NCBI GenBank assembly: GCA_965237675.1
Contig: OZ250150.1
Location: 3,872,001-3,936,000 of the forward strand
DNA length: 64,000 nucleotides
Direction: 5' to 3'
DNA from: Candidatus Latescibacterota bacterium
GTDB lineage: Bacteria; Latescibacterota; UBA2968; GCA-2709665
The first letter of the stretch is position 1, and each line of letters starts with the position of its first letter. The notes beneath the pieces are model-generated. The model saw nothing but the letters and a program-made list of their open reading frames with translations, was not told the DNA's origin and searched no databases. A program made the translations under genes and the position numbers. Below are positions 20,262 through 30,603 of the stretch, in pieces.

Positions 20262-22415
20262 ATGCAGGCCATTCTGGAAGGGTTGAACGAACAGCAGAAA
20301 GAGGCGGTGTGCGTCGTGGATCGCCCGGTTCTCGTGCTGGCCGGCGCCGGATCCGGTAAGACACGGGTGCTGACCCGCCGTCTTGCGTATCTTATTGAGG
20401 TTTGCGGCGTCCATCCGGGCGCGATAGTGGCTATGACATTCACAAATAAGGCCGCCGGTGAAATGAATAGCCGCGTACAGAATCTGTTGAACCGAACCAC
20501 GAGAGGCATGTGGCTAGGGACTTTTCATTCTCTGTGCGCGCGAATTCTGAGGACAGAGGCCGGGGCAGCAGGTCTGGATTCCAATTTCTCGATTTACGAT
20601 TCGGACGACCAGCTTGCGTTGATGCGGCAGGTCATTCGAGATCAGGAGATTTCAGAGCGGCAGTTTCCTCCTCGGCGGGTCCGGGCGCGAATCAGTTCCG
20701 AGAAAAGCCACATGGTCGATCCGGTGGCGTTTGCGCAACGTGCAGGAACCTTCTACGAGCAGCAGGTCGCCCGGATTTACCGGCAGTACCAATCGGCTTT
20801 ACATCAGAACAACGCGGTGGATTTTGACGATCTTCTGATGTTGGCGGTGCAGGTTCTCAGGGAAGATCCGGAGATTCTGGAGCGGTACCAGAATCGGTTT
20901 GAGCACTGTCTGATCGACGAGTACCAGGATACCAACCGGCCTCAATACCTGTTTGCGCGTCTTCTGGCAGAGAAACATGGCCGCCTCTTTGTGGTCGGAG
21001 ACGACGACCAGAGCATTTATGCCTGGCGTGGCGCGGATCTGCGAAATATCCTGAATTTCGAGAAGGATTTTCCCAACGCCCACGTCATCCGTCTTGAACA
21101 GAACTACCGGTCGTCACGGGTGATTCTGGACGCGGGAAACGCGGTGATACGCAACAACGTCGGGCGGAAGGGGAAGGAGCTCTGGACGAATCGAGGTCGC
21201 GGGGAAAAGATTCAGCTTGCCCGGTGCGCAGACGAAGTGGACGAGGCCCAATGGATCGCCCGGGAGTTGAAGCGCCTCAAGGGGCGTTATAGCTACGGGC
21301 AAACCGCGGTATTGTACCGGACGAACGCCCAGTCACGCGCGCTGGAAGACGGGCTGCGTTACCAGGCGATTCCATATGTAATTGTGGGGGGCGTGCGGTT
21401 TTACGAACGCATGGAGGTCAAGGATGTGCTCGCTTACCTCCGACTGATCGTGAATCCCAGTGATTCGATCAGCCTTTACCGTGTTGTCAATACGCCGCGC
21501 CGCGGGATCGGCCGGACCTCTCTCGAGAAATTGGAAGCCTTTGCCGCGGGCAAGGGCATTACACCGTATGATGCGCTCTCCCGGACCATCGACGTGGACG
21601 GCCTTACGGGTCGCGCGAGAACAGCGATAGTCAAATTTCATGAAATGATCGAAGGATTCCGGAGCCGATTGGAGGATGAACCGGCCCACGTGCTGGCGGA
21701 GCGCATCGTCCAGGAAACCGGATATTTGCAGACACTGGACGAATTGCCACCCGCCGAGTCCATTTCTCGCTCCGAGAATGTGCAGGAACTGTTGGTGGCC
21801 ATTGAGGACTTCATGAACCGAGCCGACACACCGTCTTTGTCGGCATTCTTGCGGGAAGTCGCTCTGGTTACCGACGTTGATCAGTGGCGAGAGGAAGCCG
21901 ATGCCGTGACGTTGATGACCTTGCATAGCGCCAAGGGGCTCGAGTTTCCGGCGGTTTTTGTTACGGGTCTGGAAGAAGGGCTGTTCCCTATTCTGAGGGA
22001 GCACGAAGATCCGTTGGCCGAAGAAGCGGCCGTGGAGGAGGAGCGACGGCTGTTTTATGTCGGGGTGACAAGGGCGGAGGACCGGCTCCACCTGACGCAT
22101 GCCACGCAGCGGCGGCGGTACGGAGGCGCCGCGATCAATTCCGAATCCAGATTCTTGAGAGAGATTCCAGGCCAACTGATCGTTCGAGGGCATGCCGTTC
22201 ACGATGAAATGACTCCATCCGGCAGGACGGCAGCGTCACCAGCAGGCGACCCCTTCCCAATGGAAGCGGGAACAACCGTTGTCCATCCCATATGGGGACG
22301 CGGACGCATTGTGGACCGCTCCGGCAACGGCCCGGATACCAAACTCACGGTTTGCTTTCAGAATGGAACAACAAAAAAAGTGGTCGTCCGGTTTGCCGGC
22401 CTTCGGCCCGGATAA
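20262..22415 (+). CDS. pcrA: ATP-dependent DNA helicase PcrA/UvrD
   Basis: AGAGSGKT, TFTNKAA, DEYQDTN, LEQNYRS, TLHSAKGLEF, EERRLFYVGVTRA; C-terminal Tudor-like domain. Confidence 0.95.
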   Translation: MQAILEGLNEQQKEAVCVVDRPVLVLAGAGSGKTRVLTRRLAYLIEVCGVHPGAIVAMTFTNKAAGEMNSRVQNLLNRTTRGMWLGTFHSLCARILRTEAGAAGLDSNFSIYDSDDQLALMRQVIRDQEISERQFPPRRVRARISSEKSHMVDPVAFAQRAGTFYEQQVARIYRQYQSALHQNNAVDFDDLLMLAVQVLREDPEILERYQNRFEHCLIDEYQDTNRPQYLFARLLAEKHGRLFVVGDDDQSIYAWRGADLRNILNFEKDFPNAHVIRLEQNYRSSRVILDAGNAVIRNNVGRKGKELWTNRGRGEKIQLARCADEVDEAQWIARELKRLKGRYSYGQTAVLYRTNAQSRALEDGLRYQAIPYVIVGGVRFYERMEVKDVLAYLRLIVNPSDSISLYRVVNTPRRGIGRTSLEKLEAFAAGKGITPYDALSRTIDVDGLTGRARTAIVKFHEMIEGFRSRLEDEPAHVLAERIVQETGYLQTLDELPPAESISRSENVQELLVAIEDFMNRADTPSLSAFLREVALVTDVDQWREEADAVTLMTLHSAKGLEFPAVFVTGLEEGLFPILREHEDPLAEEAAVEEERRLFYVGVTRAEDRLHLTHATQRRRYGGAAINSESRFLREIPGQLIVRGHAVHDEMTPSGRTAASPAGDPFPMEAGTTVVHPIWGRGRIVDRSGNGPDTKLTVCFQNGTTKKVVVRFAGLRPG

Positions 22416-22548
22416 CACGATACCGACCCCCTCGCAGGCTGTTGGCCCTCGTTGCCAAAATCCTCTTGATTTCGAATATAATTTGGCTCATATTACAGTC
22501 ACAATGTAGACTGGTTATAACGACGATTAATTTTCACGGGTTTCTTTT

Positions 22549-22836
22549 ATGTCGGTTACGCTGGAAGACGTACGCAAGGTCGCGCAACTTGCGAGGCTAA
22601 GCTTCGACAGAAACGAAGAGGAACGGCTGGTTGCCGATCTGAATCAGATGCTGGATTACGCGACCGCTCTGGAGAAACTGAATACAACGGACGTTTCAAC
22701 CACGGCGCACGTTCTGCCTGTCTACAACGTGTTTCGGGAGGATACGCCCGTTTCCTCTCTTTCCCAGACCGAGGCGCTGTCAAATGCGCCAAGTTCCGGC
22801 CACGGCCACTTCAGGGTTCCCAAAGTTATCGAATAG
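22549..22836 (+). CDS. gatC: Asp/Glu-tRNA amidotransferase subunit C
   Basis: VRKVAQLARL, NVFRED, ALSNAP, FRVPKVIE. Confidence 0.93.
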   Translation: MSVTLEDVRKVAQLARLSFDRNEEERLVADLNQMLDYATALEKLNTTDVSTTAHVLPVYNVFREDTPVSSLSQTEALSNAPSSGHGHFRVPKVIE

Positions 22837-22840
22837 GTCT

Positions 22841-22872
22841 CGGCGGCGGTTTTATCAGCGCCGCTGTTTTTT
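22841..22872 (+). terminator. intrinsic terminator-like hairpin between gatC and pyrG
   Basis: CGGCGGCG/CGCCGCTG stem followed by TTTTTT. Confidence 0.6.
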
Positions 22873-22893
22873 GTTGCGTTTCCGGAGGAGCGG

Positions 22894-24681
22894 ATGGTTA
22901 AGCGGAGTGACTATAAAGGGCCCAAATACATCGTCGTCGCCGGGGGTGTGATGAGCGGTGTCGGCAAAGGGCTCGCTACGGCGTCTATCGGAAAAATCTT
23001 GCAGCAGCACGGATATAGTGCGACGGCAATCAAGATCGATCCCTATCTCAACTACGATGCCGGCACCCTGCGTCCCACCGAGCATGGAGAAGTGTGGGTA
23101 ACGGACGACGGTGGCGAAATCGATCTGGACCTGGGGAACTACGAGAGATTCTTGGGAATCGACCTTCCCCGGACGAACAACCTGACCACCGGCCAGATTT
23201 ACCATACCGTGATAGAGCGGGAGCGCCGAGGCGAATATCTGGGCAAGACCGTTCAGCCGATTCCTCATATCACCGATGAGATCAAGCAGCGGATTACTGA
23301 CTCGGCGAACGGGGTCGACATTGCGCTCGTAGAGATCGGCGGTACCATTGGCGACGACGAGAATCGACCCTTTTTGTTTGCAATGAAGAGCCTGGAACGG
23401 GAGGTAGGAGAGGAGAACGTCATTTACGTACTGGTCACCTATCTTCCGGTGCCCAGGCATGTCGGCGAGATGAAAACCAAGCCCACCCAGCATGCCATCC
23501 GTTTGTTATCCGAAAACGGAATATTTGCGGATTTCATCATTTGCCGCGCGGTGGAACCACTGGATGACGTTCGAAAGCGAAAAATCGAGATTTCGGCGAA
23601 TATCTCCGCGGACCGGATTATCTCGGCGCCCGACGTCGACAGCATCTATCAGGTGCCTCTGGAATACGAAAAGGACCAACTCGGTGAGAAGATCCTGGAT
23701 GAGTTGGGCTTGGCTCCCAAAAAAACACCCGACTGGAAACGGTGGTGTGAACTGCTGGGAATGATTCGCGAGCCTGAGGATCGGGTGCGCGTGGCCATGG
23801 TAGGCAAATATGTCGGTAGCGGGGATTATGAATTTCAGGATTCCTATATCTCAGTCAATCAGTCACTGGAACACGCTGGCGCACTGTTGGATACCAAGGT
23901 GGAGATCGACTGGATCGACTCCAACCGCCTGCAGCATCACGAAGTGGAGGAGGTGCTCGCCGGTTATCACGGAATAATCGTACCCGGAGCGTTCGGTGAA
24001 GGTGGCGCCGAAGGTGCCATCAACGCCGTCCGTTACGCCAGGGAAAACCAGGTGCCTTACTTGGGTTTGTGCTATGGTTTACAGATGGTCGTTGTGGAAT
24101 ACTCGCGCCATGTGGCCGGATTGACCGACGCAAATTCCGTCGAGATGGATCCCGATACGCCCCACGCGGTAATCGACATACAGTATGCACAGCGGCAGAT
24201 TATCGAAGAAAACCGATACGGCGGCACCATGAGATTGGGAGGGTACGCCGCCGTATTGCGACGGGAATCTCGGGTATTGGACCTCTACGAGCGAACAGGC
24301 CGGCTGGAGGAGGACTCCCGGAGGATACAACAACTGCGGCAGCGCCCCGATCAGATGTTCCGGTGCGGTGTGATCTTGCCAAGCGAAAACGCCGTGGTTG
24401 AGCGTCATCGGCACCGGTATGAAGTTGCGCCGAAATACGTGGATCTGCTTGAGGAATACGGGCTGTTCTTTTCAGGGTTCCACCGCAGGGAGGATGGTGC
24501 GAAACTGATGGAATTCGCGGAACTTCCCGATCATCCATTTTTTGTTGCAACCCAGGCACATCCCGAGTTCAAGTCACGGCTGGAAAGTCCCGCGCCGTTG
24601 TTTTACGGACTTGTCAATGCGTCCATCGATTATTCCGGAACGGCTCGGGCGGATTCCGTGCAGATAGAGATTGAAACATGA
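22894..24681 (+). CDS. pyrG: CTP synthase
   Basis: GGVMSGVGKG, KIDPYLN, HGEV, EIGGTIGD, KTKPTQH, GLCYG, ERHRHRYE, QAHPEF. Confidence 0.96.
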   Translation: MVKRSDYKGPKYIVVAGGVMSGVGKGLATASIGKILQQHGYSATAIKIDPYLNYDAGTLRPTEHGEVWVTDDGGEIDLDLGNYERFLGIDLPRTNNLTTGQIYHTVIERERRGEYLGKTVQPIPHITDEIKQRITDSANGVDIALVEIGGTIGDDENRPFLFAMKSLEREVGEENVIYVLVTYLPVPRHVGEMKTKPTQHAIRLLSENGIFADFIICRAVEPLDDVRKRKIEISANISADRIISAPDVDSIYQVPLEYEKDQLGEKILDELGLAPKKTPDWKRWCELLGMIREPEDRVRVAMVGKYVGSGDYEFQDSYISVNQSLEHAGALLDTKVEIDWIDSNRLQHHEVEEVLAGYHGIIVPGAFGEGGAEGAINAVRYARENQVPYLGLCYGLQMVVVEYSRHVAGLTDANSVEMDPDTPHAVIDIQYAQRQIIEENRYGGTMRLGGYAAVLRRESRVLDLYERTGRLEEDSRRIQQLRQRPDQMFRCGVILPSENAVVERHRHRYEVAPKYVDLLEEYGLFFSGFHRREDGAKLMEFAELPDHPFFVATQAHPEFKSRLESPAPLFYGLVNASIDYSGTARADSVQIEIET

Positions 24682-25235
24682 GACCGGGCCGAGCATTCCG
24701 GATTTCGTACGGAATCTGCCTGTACTTCGGATTTCTGGCGGGTTGTGCGCCGACCTCCGAGCCTTCATCGCCTCAAACAGCCTCGCGACCTCCGGATCAG
24801 GAGGCCTGGGGATGGAACACGGTGGTTACCCAGAGCGGTCGAAAACGCGCCGAGGTTGAGGCCGGACATTTGCGGAAGTACGATCAGACGTTAACGGCCC
24901 TCCTCGACAGCGGCGTCACGGTTCGGTTTTACGATGGATCCGGAATGAAACAAGTGTCCGTATTGACCGCCCGGCAGGCGGAAATTTACGAAACGTCCGG
25001 CGATATGCTGGCAGTGGGCGAGGTTGCGCTGGTTGCCAAAAACGGTACCCGTCTGGAAACCGATACGCTACGCTGGAACCGTGAGACTGACAGGATTACG
25101 GGAAACGGGCGGATGACCCTCCGTCGTCCCGACGGAGAGGAGACCGGGGTGGGGTTCGAGGCCTCTTCCGATCTGAAATGGTGGAAAATGCGTCAGGTTT
25201 CGACGCGGCTGGGCGGTGCAGATCGCCTCCGATAG
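24678..25235 (+). CDS. lptC: LPS export protein LptC
   Basis: Lipobox-like LAGC; LETDTLRW and GVGFEAS; position upstream of lptA/lptB. Confidence 0.8.
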   Translation: MRPGRAFRISYGICLYFGFLAGCAPTSEPSSPQTASRPPDQEAWGWNTVVTQSGRKRAEVEAGHLRKYDQTLTALLDSGVTVRFYDGSGMKQVSVLTARQAEIYETSGDMLAVGEVALVAKNGTRLETDTLRWNRETDRITGNGRMTLRRPDGEETGVGFEASSDLKWWKMRQVSTRLGGADRLR

Positions 25236-26601
25236 TCACCTGTTTTTCTGCAAACGCCCTCTTTCCTTCCTCTTTATGTTCTTCTCCCTGTTTTTTCTTA
25301 AATATTTCCTGGCCACAACCTCATTTGTTGACGCCACAGAATTGATTCGTGCCGACCGCAGCGAAACCATCCTGCGGGATAACGGTGTTTTACGGATCGA
25401 AGTGGGCAGGGTATCCTACCAGCACCCTGAACGTCTGGTCAGCGTAAGAGCGGATTCCGCCCGCCTGTGGATTCCTGGCGGTGCGGTATCAAAAGCGCGG
25501 TTTTTCGGTCGGGTGACGTACCGGGATTCGGCAAGACAGCTGGACGCCACCACCCTGACGTACCTGCCGGGCCCCGAGGTGGCGACTTTCGCGGGTGCGG
25601 TACGTGTCATCGAAAAAGACTGCCTCCTGATCGCGCAGCGGGTGGCGTACCACAAGAAGGAAAATCGGTTGGACGCCGAGGGTGGGGTGAGGCTGAATTA
25701 CAGCGAGCAGCGGGTTTCCCTGCGTGCGCCGTCGATGACGTATCATGTGTTGGCGGATTCGGGATTGGGTACTGGCGGCGTTCATACCGTTCGTGCGCCG
25801 GAACCACCCGGCGATTCCCTCGTCGTCCGCTCGGATTCCATACATTTCGCCGCAAAGGGCGATCGCATGCGGTTTTCGGGTAGGGTCCTTATGGATCACG
25901 CCGGTATGGTGGCGGGCGCCCCCACCGGCCGCTACTTCAGGCGGTCGGACCGCCTGGAACTGCAAGACGGGGCGTATGCTGTCTGGATTCAGCAAGGTAA
26001 AACACAGACTGATTCGGTAAATCTGACCGCCCAACAGATGCATGTGCGGGGTGCGGCGGGCAATGCACTCGATGAAATCGTACTGGTCGGCGGCGCCTGG
26101 CTCCGGATGGAGGAAGTACAGCCGGACCGGGCGGGTACACGGACGGTTCAGGCCGATTCCGTTGTGCTTCGCATGAAAGAGGGCCAAATCGTCACCGTAG
26201 ATGCATCAGGGGAGGCTTCGATGATGTTGAATGCTCGGGATGGCGCCAGCGTGGACCTCAAGGGCCGGCGAATATTGATGGGTTTTCTGGATGGGGGTCT
26301 CGATAGCCTGACGGTTGAGGGACACGGAAGCGGTGCCTGCGTGTCATCCGATAGTACAACCGTCAGTCGAATTTCTGGCGGCTCGATTGCGGTTGCTTTT
26401 GAAAACGGAACCGTACGTTACGTCAGGATCAGCGAGACCGCTCGGTGTACGCACCGATCGGAGACCGAGAATACCGGTGATATCCAGTTATCGGGCGATC
26501 ATGTGGATCTGACATTCGAGGGCGATAGACTCACCGACGTTCAGGCGGAAGGCGGTGTTAGAGGCCGATACAAGCCGGCGGAATCCGGAGAGGCGCCGTG
26601 A
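25216..26601 (+). CDS. LptA/OstA-like beta-jellyroll repeat protein
   Basis: Repeated ADS/A.G.V beta motifs; located between lptC and lptB. Confidence 0.7.
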   Translation: MQIASDSHLFFCKRPLSFLFMFFSLFFLKYFLATTSFVDATELIRADRSETILRDNGVLRIEVGRVSYQHPERLVSVRADSARLWIPGGAVSKARFFGRVTYRDSARQLDATTLTYLPGPEVATFAGAVRVIEKDCLLIAQRVAYHKKENRLDAEGGVRLNYSEQRVSLRAPSMTYHVLADSGLGTGGVHTVRAPEPPGDSLVVRSDSIHFAAKGDRMRFSGRVLMDHAGMVAGAPTGRYFRRSDRLELQDGAYAVWIQQGKTQTDSVNLTAQQMHVRGAAGNALDEIVLVGGAWLRMEEVQPDRAGTRTVQADSVVLRMKEGQIVTVDASGEASMMLNARDGASVDLKGRRILMGFLDGGLDSLTVEGHGSGACVSSDSTTVSRISGGSIAVAFENGTVRYVRISETARCTHRSETENTGDIQLSGDHVDLTFEGDRLTDVQAEGGVRGRYKPAESGEAP

Positions 26602-27320
26602 TTCTGAAGGCTCGGAACCTGGTGAAAGCCTACCATCGCCAGCGGGTTGTCAATGGTGTCGGCGTGGAGGTGAATCCGGGAGAGGTCGTGGGTCTTCTAG
26701 GCCCCAACGGAGCGGGCAAGACCACCACCTTTCACCTGATCGTGGGCCTGATTCCGTGCAAGCGGGGGGAAATTTTCCTCGGAGGAGAGAAAATTACCGG
26801 CATGCCGATGTACATTCGGGCGCGGAAGGGCATCGGCTATCTGGCACAGGAACCCTCCGTTTTCCGTAAACTAACCGTGAAGCAGAATGTCCTTGCCGTG
26901 CTGGAAACACTCCGCCTGTCGCCTGAAGAACGGGAAACCCGCATGGAGGCGCTTCTGCAGGAATTAGGACTCTCGAATCTCGCGAACCGCAGGGCGGATC
27001 GGCTCTCCGGCGGCGAAGCCCGCAGACTGGAGATTACTCGAGCCCTGGCCAGGCGTCCCAGATTCCTGCTTCTGGATGAACCGTTCGCTGGCATTGACCC
27101 AAAGGCGGTCGAAGATATCCAGGCCATTATCCGTTCACTAAAAGAACGGCGGATCGGTTTGCTGATTACGGATCACAACGTACGCGAAACCCTGGCGATC
27201 ACCGACAGGTCCTATATTCTCTCTAAAGGAAAGATTCTGACCTCCGGCAGTCCGGTTGAACTGGCGGAGAACCCGGAGGTACGGCGTGTATACCTCGGGG
27301 ACCGTTTCCGATTGGATTGA
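26598..27320 (+). CDS. lptB: LPS export ABC ATPase
   Basis: [50 protein letters not shown]. Confidence 0.96.
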   Translation: MILKARNLVKAYHRQRVVNGVGVEVNPGEVVGLLGPNGAGKTTTFHLIVGLIPCKRGEIFLGGEKITGMPMYIRARKGIGYLAQEPSVFRKLTVKQNVLAVLETLRLSPEERETRMEALLQELGLSNLANRRADRLSGGEARRLEITRALARRPRFLLLDEPFAGIDPKAVEDIQAIIRSLKERRIGLLITDHNVRETLAITDRSYILSKGKILTSGSPVELAENPEVRRVYLGDRFRLD

Positions 27321-27333
27321 CAGAAAAATAGGA

Positions 27334-27362
27334 TTGTCACGCGGCCCTCTTTTCCTTATTAT
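27334..27362 (+). promoter_or_regulatory. sigma-70-like promoter for rpoN
   Basis: TTGTCA-N17-TATTAT. Confidence 0.5.
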
Positions 27363-27440
27363 TTTTCCAGGTGATGAATTGGTAACGGATCGAAATGTCG
27401 TTCAGGCAATCGGTGACAACCTGGTGGGAGATAAATAACA

Positions 27441-27453
27441 CAACACGTTGATT
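27441..27453 (-). promoter_or_regulatory. IHF consensus site
   Basis: Reverse complement AATCAACGTGTTG matches WATCAANNNNTTR in the AT-rich rpoN leader. Confidence 0.4.
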
Positions 27454-27549
27454 TACGCAATTTAATCAACATCATACGAAATTGAACCCATCGCTGGGAA
27501 GTTTGTCTGTCCCGATTTCAACCGCCTTTTCAGGAAGATTTACAGGCAA

Positions 27550-29019
27550 ATGATTCAACTGACCCAAACCGTTTCCTTACAACAGAAGTTGGCACCCCAA
27601 CTCATTCAGTCCTTGCGGCTTCTACAGATGCCCTCTCTGGAGTTGGAACAGCTGATTCAGCAGGAACTGCAGACCAATCCGCTGTTGGAAATCTCTGAAG
27701 AGGCCGGTCGTGAAGAGGAGGAATGGGACCTGGAGTTGGATCCGCCGGACACGGAAGATGCCGAGACCGAGGGAAAAGAAGCGGATGATGCGCGCCTTCC
27801 GGAACTTGAATTCGGGGACGGTACGACCCCCGATGGCCGTTTCGATGAAAACCATTGGAACGAGCTTCTTAACGATTCCGGATATTCCGTGCCCCGACAG
27901 GAGTTCGATCCCAATGCTGAAGAATGGGAGTACGACGGCGCGGCGCGTCAGTCATTGGAAGCGGAGTTACGAGGCCAACTCTCGCTTACTGATTTAAACG
28001 AAGATGAGCGGAAGATTGGCGAATACATCATCGGCAATATCGACGAGGACGGTTTCTTGCAGGCACAGATCGAGGATATTGCAATGATGCTCGGAAAAGA
28101 GGACAAGACGGTGGAACGGATTCTGGAAGTTGTTCAGACGTTCGATCCGCCGGGCGTGGGCGCGAGGAACCTCCAGGAGGGCCTGGCGATCCAGCTTCGT
28201 GAGCAGGGGTTGGAGGATTCTCTGGCGATGCAGATCGTGCGCAATTACTGGGATGACCTGGTGAACCGCCGATATATAAAAATCTGTCGATCACTGGGTG
28301 TGGAACGGACGGCAATTGCCACCGCCGAAGGGGTCATATCGGGCTTGAATCCGAAACCGATGATCTACAGGGAAGAGCGAATCAATCACAATCTGGTTGT
28401 ACCCGATATTGAGGTCCAGAAGGTTGGCGACGAGTACGTGGTTTTTCTGATCGACCGCAATCTTCCTTCGCTGCGGGTCAGCCCGGTCTACAGGACTCTG
28501 CTGAGCAAGTCCGGAAAACCGGGAAGTCAGGCCAGGAAGTTCGTCGTCGATCGTCTGAATTCCGCACGCTGGTTCATCAGCGCGATCAACCAGCGCCGTG
28601 CCACGATGCTGAAGGTCATGCGTTGTATTGTCGAAAGTCAACGTGCATTCTTTGACAAGGGAGTCGGATTTCTGAAGCCCATGGTGCTCCAGGAGGTTGC
28701 CGATGGGGTAAACATGCATGTGTCAACAATTAGCCGGGTAAGCAACGGGAAATACGTACAGACGCCACACGGTGTTTTTGAGTTGAAGTACTTTTTCGAC
28801 GTTGGACTGCCCCGCAGCGACGGCGAAGAAATAGCCGCAAGGAGCGTAAAACAAAAAATCGCCAGGTTGATCGCTGAGGAGAACACCAGAAAGCCTTTGA
28901 GTGATCAGAAAATCGCTGATTTTCTGAAAGATGACGGCATCGCTATTGCCCGGCGTACGGTAGCCAAGTATAGGGACCAATTGAAGATCAATCCCGCCAG
29001 GTATCGAAAGTCGATTTAA
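27550..29019 (+). CDS. rpoN: RNA polymerase sigma-54 factor
   Basis: PQLIQSLRLLQM, NPLLE, HVSTISR, RpoN box ARRTVAKYR. Confidence 0.97.
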   Translation: MIQLTQTVSLQQKLAPQLIQSLRLLQMPSLELEQLIQQELQTNPLLEISEEAGREEEEWDLELDPPDTEDAETEGKEADDARLPELEFGDGTTPDGRFDENHWNELLNDSGYSVPRQEFDPNAEEWEYDGAARQSLEAELRGQLSLTDLNEDERKIGEYIIGNIDEDGFLQAQIEDIAMMLGKEDKTVERILEVVQTFDPPGVGARNLQEGLAIQLREQGLEDSLAMQIVRNYWDDLVNRRYIKICRSLGVERTAIATAEGVISGLNPKPMIYREERINHNLVVPDIEVQKVGDEYVVFLIDRNLPSLRVSPVYRTLLSKSGKPGSQARKFVVDRLNSARWFISAINQRRATMLKVMRCIVESQRAFFDKGVGFLKPMVLQEVADGVNMHVSTISRVSNGKYVQTPHGVFELKYFFDVGLPRSDGEEIAARSVKQKIARLIAEENTRKPLSDQKIADFLKDDGIAIARRTVAKYRDQLKINPARYRKSI

Positions 29020-29043
29020 ACGCGGGAAGGACACCAGCACCTG

Positions 29044-29106
29044 AAAAAAACGGCCGACGGAATCTTGAGCGTTGTCGAATTTTCGCTCCGATCCCGCCGG
29101 TTTTTC
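29044..29106. terminator. bidirectional terminator-like hairpin
   Basis: Interrupted GC stem flanked by A7 and T6 tracts between convergent genes. Confidence 0.45.
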
Positions 29107-29154
29107 TGTCTGGCTGCGTGTGTCGGCTTTGGGCGAGGCCCGCGGTTGGATGAT

Positions 29155-29940
29155 CTAACCGTCGGATTGGATGGCGCTGATTTCGTCCTTTGAGATCTTG
29201 TGTACACTCTTGGGATTGAAGGTTTGCCTTGTGCCCGACCGGAGCGCAACTTCGATTCGTCCTCCGGTAAGGACAAAAAACTGCAGAAGGAACCCACCGC
29301 CCTGCATCGATTCGACCTGATATTCTTCGATGTCCATCCCGTCGATCCATTCAGGAAGAAGTGTCCTGAAACGTGTATCCTCGCAAACGGATTGCGGTAG
29401 CGCCATAATCAACGTTCCAGGCGTATCATCCAAGGCATCACCGATGGTCCTTCGGATTTCAGCCAGGTAGGGGATCACCTTCCCGGCGTAATCGAAGTCG
29501 TCCTCGACGCCCCGCTCCGGCGGAACAATTCCCCACGTCATATGGTGTATAAATGGGTTTCCGTGACCCTGGGAAAGCATGTGATCCCGGGCCGCTTCAT
29601 CTACGGGATGGACGACCGCGACGTAGTCGAACCAGCCCTTGCCGCGAGCGGGGCTGTCTTCGGGCAGCCCTGACGGCACATTGATGTAGTCGTAACCGTC
29701 CACCGGCGACGGATAGCACCGGGTGTCCCACCCGGCAACGTAACCGATGCGCTTCAAGCGTCCGGCAAGAAGGTGCGGGGGGTCAACAAAAATGGCGGCA
29801 TGGTCGGGATTCGGCAACAGCGGTACTCCGGCGTCGGCGATTTTGCGTGCGACATCCAGCGCCTCAGGCAGCCGTTCGGGTGCGTTGTAGATGTCGAGTT
29901 GCTCATTGAAGTCGTCAGGCAGGATAACGTCCCCGGGCAT
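29155..29940 (-). CDS. hypothetical protein, possible VOC/HPPD-like metalloenzyme
   Basis: PDHAAIFV, FIHHMTWGI, LLQFF...IEVALR...FN motifs; GAGGAG RBS. Confidence 0.6.
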   Translation of the reverse strand: MPGDVILPDDFNEQLDIYNAPERLPEALDVARKIADAGVPLLPNPDHAAIFVDPPHLLAGRLKRIGYVAGWDTRCYPSPVDGYDYINVPSGLPEDSPARGKGWFDYVAVVHPVDEAARDHMLSQGHGNPFIHHMTWGIVPPERGVEDDFDYAGKVIPYLAEIRRTIGDALDDTPGTLIMALPQSVCEDTRFRTLLPEWIDGMDIEEYQVESMQGGGFLLQFFVLTGGRIEVALRSGTRQTFNPKSVHKISKDEISAIQSDG

Positions 29941-29967
29941 CTTGTTCTCCTCTTTGAAAAGCACGTT

Positions 29968-30127
29968 CCAGTGACCTCCTCCAGGAACATGTCACCATGC
30001 ATCCGCCTGTCTGCGTGCAGGTCTTCCGCACAGGCAGGCCGGTTCCTCCCGTCTTGCTTCGTTGCCCTTCGAGCCGGGCGACTCGTCGGCCGAATACCGG
30101 CAATCTGTTTCCGAAACAGAACACCAG
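29968..30127 (-). repeat. MITE-like dispersed repeat, copy 1
   Basis: Aligns by eye with the reverse complement of 50437-50657. Confidence 0.75.
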
Positions 30128-30544
30128 ATTGACCACGAGTATTGGTTTGACCAGACGGTCAAAGGACCGGCCCCGACGTTTAAAGAGACAACTTTACGAG
30201 TATATAATTGCGAACCGCATTCCCGGTGTCAAGCGGAATTCGATTTGAGGCGACGACCAAGGAACGATTCACCGGGTTGTCTGTGGGGTTGAAGGCGCGC
30301 CTGCAGTAAAGACGATACCGGCTAGAGATTCTGTAGCAAGGTGAGTCTAAGCGTATCGGACAAGATTGAACATTGCAGATTTCCCGGCTGTGCATCGGCC
30401 GGCTTTTTTGTGTCAAATCAACCGGAAAAGGTTTTCAATTTCCCGACCCATTCTGAAAACTGTATTCATCACCGGGGCAATCGAGTCAGAAGTGTCCATA
30501 ACACAAATCATTAATAATAAGAAATTTATGTGCAACAATGCAAA

Positions 30545-30561
30545 TTGGCATACGGATTGCG
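30545..30561 (+). promoter_or_regulatory. sigma-54 (-24/-12) promoter
   Basis: TTGGCATACGGATTGCG fits YTGGCA-N6-TTGC spacing; about 40 nt upstream of the start; preceded by an AT-rich tract. Confidence 0.7.
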
Positions 30562-30603
30562 TCGGTTTGGTGGATGTGTTGGCATTTGTAAAAGGAGAGT
30601 TAC

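Noticed and set aside
22549-22836. gatC without gatA/gatB as an anomaly
   Set aside because: Split gat genes occur in many bacterial lineages
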